Shown here piece by piece: positions 7,472 to 11,862 of a stretch of 11,862 bases of DNA. The stretch is from a virus. The position numbers and the translations under genes were made by a program. The stretch lies in IMG/VR virus record IMGVR_UViG_3300041809_003079. The stretch is one strand, 5' to 3'. The notes under the pieces were generated by a model that was not told the origin of the DNA, searched no databases, and worked only from the letters and a program-made list of their open reading frames with translations. The stretch's first letter is position 1. Every line of letters starts with the position of its first letter.

Positions 7472-7593
7472 AGAAATAATAATAAACCCTCAAGGGGGCA
7501 ACGTGCACTGCGGCAGAAGAAGAAAATTCATAGACGATATGTTGACATATAAAGATGGCTCCACAGGAGCTAGTATAAAGGAGAGGTGACAAA
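7472..7593. promoter_or_regulatory. Divergent intergenic control region between the leftward (7471<-) and rightward (7594->) operons. Contains a consensus -35-like TTGACA (7542-7547), an imperfect 14-bp palindrome ATATGT-tg-ACATAT (7537-7550), A/T-rich TAGTATAAA (7571-7579) and a strong SD AAGGAGAGGTGA before GTG-7594.
   Basis: It is the only sizeable non-coding gap where the gene strand switches. Both motifs are read directly from the sequence. No -10 lies at canonical 17-nt spacing from TTGACA, so the exact promoter architecture is unresolved. Confidence 0.4.
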
Positions 7594-7827
7594 GTGGACG
7601 ATCAAGCCAATGATTCGTGGAAAGAAGCAGCGATTGAGCTCGTAGGTGATTTTGTGTTGCCTGTGATTTCAGACTTGGAAGAGCGGCTTCTTATGGCAAA
7701 GATGAGGTTGGCTGAAGAACTTGCCAACTTGAGACGCGTCGAACAACGCGTCAAGGAAGCAACAGACACCGTCAGGCAGGTGACAAAAAAGCTAGCAGAC
7801 GCCCGCTCGCCGCTCGCATTAAGGTGA
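7594..7827 (+). CDS. Small coiled-coil protein, 77 aa (paralogue of the 8767..8991 product); GTG start
   Basis: SD AGGAGAGGTGA, 5-nt spacer, then GTG. Heptad-like L/E/R-rich sequence. N-terminus MDDQANDSWKEAA resembles MDNDNWREKANQ of 8767. Confidence 0.6.
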   Translation: MDDQANDSWKEAAIELVGDFVLPVISDLEERLLMAKMRLAEELANLRRVEQRVKEATDTVRQVTKKLADARSPLALR

Positions 7828-7834
7828 CGCAACA

Positions 7835-8086
7835 GTGTCGGAGCACTCGCCCCCGTCTTGGGCGATAAAGAGGATAAAAGCAAAGCCAAACGATTTTCAT
7901 CCTGGTGACCTCGCTCTTGTTAAAGGTCCTGACGGGGCGTGTTTATACTTTACTCATCAAGATTGTGAGCTTGAATTTCTTGGCGTAGGCAAAATGTTGC
8001 TTGTCATCGCAATTGACGTTCAACCACTTGGTGGCCCAGGCATGACGTTCCTGTATTGGTCTATTGCCATTCCCTCTCTCGACTAG
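7835..8086 (+). CDS. Small PGD-motif protein, 83 aa (HPGDLALVKGPDGACLYF), KOW/SH3-like by motif
   Basis: SD AAGGTGA (7821-7827), which also contains the stop of the upstream gene, followed by 7 nt and GTG. Confidence 0.55.
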   Translation: MSEHSPPSWAIKRIKAKPNDFHPGDLALVKGPDGACLYFTHQDCELEFLGVGKMLLVIAIDVQPLGGPGMTFLYWSIAIPSLD

Positions 8087-8129
8087 GTTGGGTAGGCCAC
8101 TGGCGCATGCAACATGTTGAGGATATAGG

Positions 8130-8372
8130 ATGATCGTATGTCCTGGCGACCTGGTTACGTTTGACAGCAACAAGCTTTTCCAGAGCATAGGTTCTGATAA
8201 TGACACGTGGTTGAAGCCGGGAACGGTTGTCCAGGTAATAGCAACGAGGATCGATGATGAAGAATGGATGGAAGAGTACGTCATGGTCCTAGCTGGTTCT
8301 CCCCCACGGCTAGGCTACATTTTTTACTCCGGATTGAAGATAGAGTCTAGGTACGGTGTAAATGTCATTTGA
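8130..8372 (+). CDS. Small PGD-motif protein, 80 aa (CPGDLVTFDSNKLFQSIG; second KPGTVVQVIA)
   Basis: SD GAGGA followed by 6 nt and ATG; carries the family motif. Confidence 0.55.
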   Translation: MIVCPGDLVTFDSNKLFQSIGSDNDTWLKPGTVVQVIATRIDDEEWMEEYVMVLAGSPPRLGYIFYSGLKIESRYGVNVI

Positions 8373-8408
8373 CGTAGCATATCATCCACACAGGAAGGTA
8401 GGCAACAC

Positions 8409-8525
8409 ATGCGACGACAACGAGGTTTCACGCTTTTTGAGCTGATGGTGACGATTGCGATCATTGGGATCATCATTGCACTTGCGGCCACTGGAGCCCA
8501 CGCAGTGATGTCAAACATCAGGTGA
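8409..8525 (+). CDS. 38-aa ORF with a type IV prepilin-like class III signal peptide, MRRQR-G|FTLFELMVTIAIIGIIIALAATGAHAVMSNIR. It is not in the ORF track because it is under 60 aa.
   Basis: Basic leader, Gly at -1, Phe at +1, Glu at +5 and a 20-residue hydrophobic helix match the GFTLIE prepilin-peptidase consensus. SD AGGAAGGTAGG followed by 6 nt and ATG. The TGA stop overlaps the downstream GTG start (GTGA at 8522-8525). Confidence 0.45.
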   Translation: MRRQRGFTLFELMVTIAIIGIIIALAATGAHAVMSNIR

Positions 8526-8761
8526 GCTACTCACCAGCTCATTGCCCGCTCGGGGGTAGTTTAGCATCTGCCGACAATCACGAGAAGGTGACCATTCACG
8601 TCATCGATGCTAACGGGCAGCCGATCGAGACAGTCACCAGGACGGTGATGTCGAATGATGGTAAACGTTACGTCATCTACAAACACAAACAGCGTCAGAT
8701 CAAGAAAATGAAGTTGCTGGGCGACAGTAACATGCAGCTTCGGCTGATCACGAAGGAATAG
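8522..8761 (+). CDS. 79-aa beta-rich hypothetical protein in the -1 frame relative to the prepilin-like ORF (possible globular domain of a split pilin)
   Basis: GTG start overlapping the upstream stop; alternating hydrophobic and polar pattern (KVTIHVIDANGQPIETVTRTVMSNDGKRYVIYKHK). Confidence 0.4.
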   Translation: MSYSPAHCPLGGSLASADNHEKVTIHVIDANGQPIETVTRTVMSNDGKRYVIYKHKQRQIKKMKLLGDSNMQLRLITKE

Positions 8762-8766
8762 AAATC

Positions 8767-8991
8767 GTGGACAATGATAACTGGCGAGAGAAGGCAAACC
8801 AATTGGCATGCATTGACGACAGAAGCCAAGAGGAGTATGAAGTTGCTCGGAAGGTCATCCTTGTTCGAGGTGAGTTGAATGAAGCACTGCAGGAACTCAA
8901 GAACGCAGAAGAGTCAGTGAAGGGCGTGTTAACGACGCTCGAGCAGCTGTTGTTGAGGCAGAGTGAGCTAGCAGCACGACACCTGCGATGA
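8767..8991 (+). CDS. Small coiled-coil protein, 74 aa (paralogue of the 7594..7827 product); GTG start
   Basis: SD GAAGGAA, which includes the upstream TAG, then GTG. Coiled-coil composition; N-terminal MDNDNWREKA motif. Confidence 0.55.
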   Translation: MDNDNWREKANQLACIDDRSQEEYEVARKVILVRGELNEALQELKNAEESVKGVLTTLEQLLLRQSELAARHLR

Positions 8992-8998
8992 CACCACC

Positions 8999-9100
8999 CA
9001 TGCTGAAACCTGGCGACATGATAAAACTACCTGACGGGATGATGTTGATGCCGCTTGACTTTTCAACCAACGGCGTCTTTTCGTTCTCTTCTGCATGAGA
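8999..9100 (+). CDS. Possible 33-aa PGD-motif mini-ORF (MLKPGDMIKLPDGMMLMPLDF...)
   Basis: Shares the PGD-phi-x-phi motif with six larger ORFs, but no SD is visible and it is very short. Confidence 0.2.
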
Positions 9101-9236
9101 CTTAGCGTTTGTGATAGCAGTGACGTCAGAAGAGCTGACAGTCTACCATTCTAGGTTTGAACAGGTCCTATGTATCAAGGCACAATGAATGTTATAAATG
9201 TTACACTGTCGACCAAGACACCAATTAAATTGTGCT

Positions 9237-9248
9237 TTTGTTAACAAA
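9237..9248. promoter_or_regulatory. Perfect 12-bp palindrome TTTGTTAACAAA in the 330-bp non-coding region upstream of the 9320 gene; candidate operator. Possible promoter CTGACA(9263-9268)-N19-TGTAAT(9288-9293).
   Basis: Read directly from the sequence. It lies about 70 bp upstream of ATG-9320, whose SD is AAAGGA at 9305-9310. Confidence 0.3.
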
Positions 9249-9319
9249 CGGGTGACAAAGATCTGACAGTTTGACGGTCATTGGGTATGTAATAGTGTCA
9301 CCCGAAAGGATCGTTAAAT

Positions 9320-9610
9320 ATGCCCACAGAAACAGATGTCACGAACGCAGACAACGTTGTCAACCAAGCCTACACGTCTTGGACAACTGCACATGGCAAC
9401 ACAGTCACTGCTCAGGCTGCAGCAACAGTTGCAGCAAACACGGAATCGCCCTTCTTGGCAACTTTCATTGCTGATGCACAGGCTGCAGTGACGCAGACGG
9501 TGTCATGGCTCGCAACGTGCCTACGTCAGGCTGGACAAGACCCGAGCGCTATCCTCGGCCCGTCGATCGCTGCAGTCCTCACGCTGCCTGTCAGCGGCTC
9601 TTCCTCGTAA
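9320..9610 (+). CDS. Ala/Thr-rich hypothetical protein, 96 aa
   Basis: SD AAAGGA followed by 9 nt and ATG. It has its own upstream non-coding region and a low-complexity A/T/Q composition. Confidence 0.55.
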   Translation: MPTETDVTNADNVVNQAYTSWTTAHGNTVTAQAAATVAANTESPFLATFIADAQAAVTQTVSWLATCLRQAGQDPSAILGPSIAAVLTLPVSGSSS

Positions 9611-9666
9611 TCACCCAAAATCACATGCATTGAACTCTTCCCTCTATTGGGATACACTGGCATTCA

Positions 9667-9924
9667 GTGTTGCCAGGCGACCTCTGCGTTGTAGTAAATT
9701 CTTCGACGTTACCATTCGTTGGTTTTCGATGGAAACTCAACGGTAAGACGCAGCAACTCGTTACAAAAGAACTCGTACTCATCATCAACACTGAACCTGT
9801 CCCTGACTTCATACCAAGAGGGAATGGAGGGCTTTTTGATCAACCTGTCATGGCATTGTTTGCTGATGGGCAGCTCGGGTGGACGCGCCGCTGTTTTCTC
9901 AGATTTGTGGAGGACGATGCATGA
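9667..9924 (+). CDS. Small PGD-motif protein, 85 aa (MLPGDLCVVVNSSTLPFVGF), GTG start
   Basis: Carries the family motif. Its TGA forms an ATGA overlap with the start of the next gene (9921-9924). Confidence 0.4.
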   Translation: MLPGDLCVVVNSSTLPFVGFRWKLNGKTQQLVTKELVLIINTEPVPDFIPRGNGGLFDQPVMALFADGQLGWTRRCFLRFVEDDA

Positions 9925-10121
9925 TGCTACTTGAGGCAAAGCTCTGCGTAGGCTACTACGTTAAGACACCCAGAGGTGAGTATGTCATCAGTACTACAGA
10001 GACATGGGAGTGCTGTAAGCCACAGCCAATTCCTCGCCAAGATGCTATCAAGCGTATGAATAAGTTTAACGACAAAAGCTTTCCTCAAGGAAAAGCAAGG
10101 CTAGTCAAGGTCTACAGGTGA
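9921..10121 (+). CDS. Hypothetical protein, 66 aa. Start refined to the ATG after a strong SD; the track ORF begins at 9879.
   Basis: GGAGGA (9909-9914) followed by 6 nt and ATGATG; ATGA coupling with the upstream gene. Confidence 0.5.
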   Translation: MMLLEAKLCVGYYVKTPRGEYVISTTETWECCKPQPIPRQDAIKRMNKFNDKSFPQGKARLVKVYR

Positions 10122-10153
10122 AACCTTCCACGCAACAGTGGTAGGATAGAGAC

Positions 10154-10354
10154 ATGCTCCTCATCAAGACCAACCAAGAGATGTTAGCGGCGTTAGACGA
10201 GGCTCGCGCACGTCTGGTGGCAGACCCACAGACGGCGGCCGACTGGCACGCAGTGTGGTCGCCGTTGGGACAGGCCGCAAGGTATGCGAAGGACAAGTGG
10301 GACAAGATGCGGCCCGAAGGTCCACCCAGGAAGCACACCAAGAAAGGAAAGTGA
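10154..10354 (+). CDS. Hypothetical protein, 66 aa, basic C-terminus
   Basis: SD GGTAGGA followed by 7 nt and ATG. Confidence 0.5.
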   Translation: MLLIKTNQEMLAALDEARARLVADPQTAADWHAVWSPLGQAARYAKDKWDKMRPEGPPRKHTKKGK

Positions 10355-10355
10355 C

Positions 10356-10628
10356 GTGGCGGAGGAAAATAGCTTTAAACTCACCAAAGGATGCCCAGAA
10401 GAAGTCGCATGTCATGCTGCTGGAAGGCTTCTTCGTGAGCAGCTCAAAGCGGATGGATTTCAGCTAAATGGCACGTGCGTCGTCTTGAACCATGCCAAGG
10501 ACGGTGCTGCAATCATGCTCTACATTCAGAACAAGAGCGACTGGTACAAGTTGCCATTTGAGTACAAAGGTTACGAAGTCCATCGCATGGTCACCAACTT
10601 CGAAGGATACGTGATAAAGGAGAAATGA
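10356..10628 (+). CDS. Hypothetical protein, about 90 aa. Start refined to the GTG just after the upstream stop; the track ORF begins at 10284 inside the previous gene.
   Basis: AAGAAAGGAAAGTGAC then GTG. The SD overlaps the upstream TGA at 10352-10354. Confidence 0.45.
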   Translation: MAEENSFKLTKGCPEEVACHAAGRLLREQLKADGFQLNGTCVVLNHAKDGAAIMLYIQNKSDWYKLPFEYKGYEVHRMVTNFEGYVIKEK

Positions 10629-10629
10629 C

Positions 10630-10812
10630 ATGGCAGCCAGCAACCAGACCGTCGCAGACGTCTACGCAATCATGGTGAAGTACGTTGCTCCAGAACACCG
10701 CACGGCGATGCTGAAAGAGCTTGCTGAGGTGCGTGGCAACCGCTCATTTGAGGACACCATGAAGAGGCTTGCAACGCTCCACGCTGAGCGTACAGGCGAC
10801 GGTGATCAGTGA
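10630..10812 (+). CDS. Hypothetical protein, 60 aa
   Basis: Strong SD AAGGAGA followed by 6 nt and ATG; ATG 2 nt after the upstream TGA. Confidence 0.55.
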   Translation: MAASNQTVADVYAIMVKYVAPEHRTAMLKELAEVRGNRSFEDTMKRLATLHAERTGDGDQ

Positions 10813-11114
10813 GTGTAGTCTTCAAGGTAAGGGACCGCGCAACAGGGCTGTTTGCGTCAGGAGGTAGCTTTCCTCACTGGTCGTCGGTCGGCAAGGCATG
10901 GCCCAATGTTGGAACGTTGAAGCGGTGGCTTTCTACTGTTGACGTCTATAACGCTGGCACGTCAACGCTTCGTGGCCCGCTTCCAGAATCATGGGAGGTG
11001 GTAGAATATAATGAGGGAAAGTGCTTCTTGGTCTCTGGCCTTTTGACTGGCAAGATCATTGCTGAAAATGAGCGTCTAGAGCGTCATGAGACGACGAAGG
11101 CAACGGTCGAGTGA
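10809..11114 (+). CDS. Hypothetical protein, 101 aa, GTG start
   Basis: GTGA overlap with the upstream stop (10809-10812). Confidence 0.5.
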   Translation: MSVVFKVRDRATGLFASGGSFPHWSSVGKAWPNVGTLKRWLSTVDVYNAGTSTLRGPLPESWEVVEYNEGKCFLVSGLLTGKIIAENERLERHETTKATVE

Positions 11115-11126
11115 CATCACTGCTGG

Positions 11127-11738
11127 GTGGCTCTTTTACGAGCTAGCGTAATACTCCCACCAAAGCGTTGGGTACAGTACCTCAAGGTGCTCATGGACGC
11201 TAAACCTTCTAAGATCAGGCCGCGCCAGGTGTGGTCGTTCACCGACAATGAATACCTACACGATCGAATAATCGTCGCATTGAGCCCGCCTCTTGCCCAG
11301 TTGGCACCAAAGCCTGCTGACATGCCTGAGCAGGTCGCCATGTGGGCATTGCTTCAGTCGATCGACTGGCACTTTGTTGGGCTCGTTGACAGCAACGATC
11401 GCATCGTCTATTTTGGCTCTACGTGGGCCAGAAAAGACGACGAATTCCCTGCAGGCAATGTCGCTGAATTCATCGTCAAGTACGTCGAGGATTCTGGGTC
11501 GATGTTGCCTGACAAGCTAGGCATCGTCGATGACCTAATCATCTCACCCGATTGCTTGACAACGTACTGCACCGAAGTCTCAATGCAGCAGGTGAATAAT
11601 GCGTTTCTTAGCGACCCATGTCCCACCTGCGGTAGAAGGAAGGCTTCTAGGCCTCCACGTGAGAAGGTATGTTGGGAATGCTGGCTCCAGAATTTGATCA
11701 CGAATGCTGGCGACGAGCCAAGTGAACTTTGTCCTTAA
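11127..11738 (+). CDS. Hypothetical protein, 203 aa, with a C-terminal CPTCG ... CWEC zinc-finger-like motif
   Basis: Complete ORF on the operon strand. C-x2-C-x13-C-x2-C pattern near the C-terminus. Start uncertain (GTG at 11127 with a weak SD). Confidence 0.5.
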   Translation: MALLRASVILPPKRWVQYLKVLMDAKPSKIRPRQVWSFTDNEYLHDRIIVALSPPLAQLAPKPADMPEQVAMWALLQSIDWHFVGLVDSNDRIVYFGSTWARKDDEFPAGNVAEFIVKYVEDSGSMLPDKLGIVDDLIISPDCLTTYCTEVSMQQVNNAFLSDPCPTCGRRKASRPPREKVCWECWLQNLITNAGDEPSELCP

Positions 11739-11749
11739 GCAGTGTTACC

Positions 11750-11862
11750 ATGACAATTATGGTTGCAAGAGCTGATCGACACCAGTGCTTTAACGACGAT
11801 GACGATTGTGCTAGGGAGTGTGATCGCAGGTACAGCCACCGTGAAGGCCACTACGTATGTAG
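11750..11862 (+). CDS. Possible start of a Cys-rich ORF that runs off the window (MTIMVARADRHQCFNDDDDCARECDRRYSHREGHYVC...)
   Basis: Open frame from the ATG at 11750 to the window end; no clear SD. Confidence 0.2.
   Translation, partial: MTIMVARADRHQCFNDDDDCARECDRRYSHREGHYVC

Noticed and set aside
7487-7498. ccctcaaggggg hairpin-like motif in the divergent region
   Set aside because: The stem would need a T:G pair and a 2-nt loop, so it is not a credible DNA or RNA hairpin or terminator.
5954-7589. Ser/Thr-rich plus-strand ORFs (5954..6451, 7128..7589, 6700..6990, 6771..7073) and minus-strand 7602..7889
   Set aside because: They lie antisense to better-supported, SD-bearing, coupled genes. 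They are low-complexity S/T/R-rich translations typical of the wrong strand.
8409-8761. Initially read 8409..8761 as a single in-frame 118-aa pilin ORF
   Set aside because: Careful re-indexing shows ...atcaggTGAgc, not ...atcagggtgagc. The first ORF terminates at TGA 8523-8525 and the downstream ORF is in the -1 frame. This is recorded as two ORFs with a possible frameshift, not one gene.
7585-9260. 10-mer GGTGACAAAG occurring twice (7585-7594 and 9251-9260)
   Set aside because: In an 11.9-kb window dozens of exact 10-mer pairs are expected by chance; there is no extended similarity around the copies.
9135-9275. CTGACAGT occurring twice, about 125 bp apart, as possible iterons
   Set aside because: There are only two copies of an 8-mer and a chance match in a 330-bp region is not improbable; no further repeats support an iteron array.
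1-11862. Eukaryotic origin of the window, given that MVP is a eukaryotic protein
   Set aside because: Shine-Dalgarno motifs sit at correct spacing before many starts. GTG starts, 4-nt ATGA/GTGA overlaps and a TTGACA -35 are present. There are no introns in a gene of 2 kb or more, and tiny genes are tightly packed in divergent operons. All of this argues for a prokaryotic or phage context, although it cannot be fully excluded without taxonomy.
1-11862. tRNA, rRNA or CRISPR arrays
   Set aside because: No GGTTCGA(A/N)TCC-type T-arm motifs were found, and there are no regularly spaced direct repeats. Every region larger than 150 bp except 8992-9319 and 7472-7593 is coding.

Overview
The window reads like a prokaryotic gene-dense mobile or phage-like region, not a eukaryotic locus. 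Genes carry Shine-Dalgarno motifs (e.g. AAGGAGAGGTGAcaaaGTG, GGAGG-N7-ATG), use GTG starts, and are joined by 4-nt ATGA/GTGA overlaps into two divergent operons that meet at a 122-bp intergenic region (7472-7593). The leftward block (7471 down to about 2141, roughly 15 small genes) runs into a compositionally distinct gene on the minus strand at 2063..1 (about 60% GC with C/G at most third positions, versus about 48% GC in its neighbours). Its in-window product of about 687 aa is a clear homologue of eukaryotic major vault protein (MVP): N-terminal MVP repeats plus the SPFH-like shoulder domain, with the cap-helix start running off the window. That is the stand-out feature, because an MVP homologue embedded in a bacterial or phage-style operon is rare and essentially uncharacterised. 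The rightward block (7594 to the end) is a cassette of very small ORFans. It contains two paralogous coiled-coil proteins and a 7-member family of small 'PGD(L/M/I)' KOW/SH3-like proteins present on both strands. It also holds a 38-aa type-IV-prepilin-like ORF (MRRQR-G|FTLFELMV...) that overlaps, in the -1 frame, a downstream beta-rich ORF. Other features are an acidic AT-hook (RGRP) protein heading the leftward operon, several zinc-ribbon proteins, and palindromic candidate operators (ATATGT-tg-ACATAT in the divergent promoter region; TTTGTTAACAAA upstream of 9320). I saw no tRNA, rRNA, CRISPR array, integrase or recognisable phage structural genes. Almost all product calls are motif-level inference; I could not run BLAST or HMM searches.
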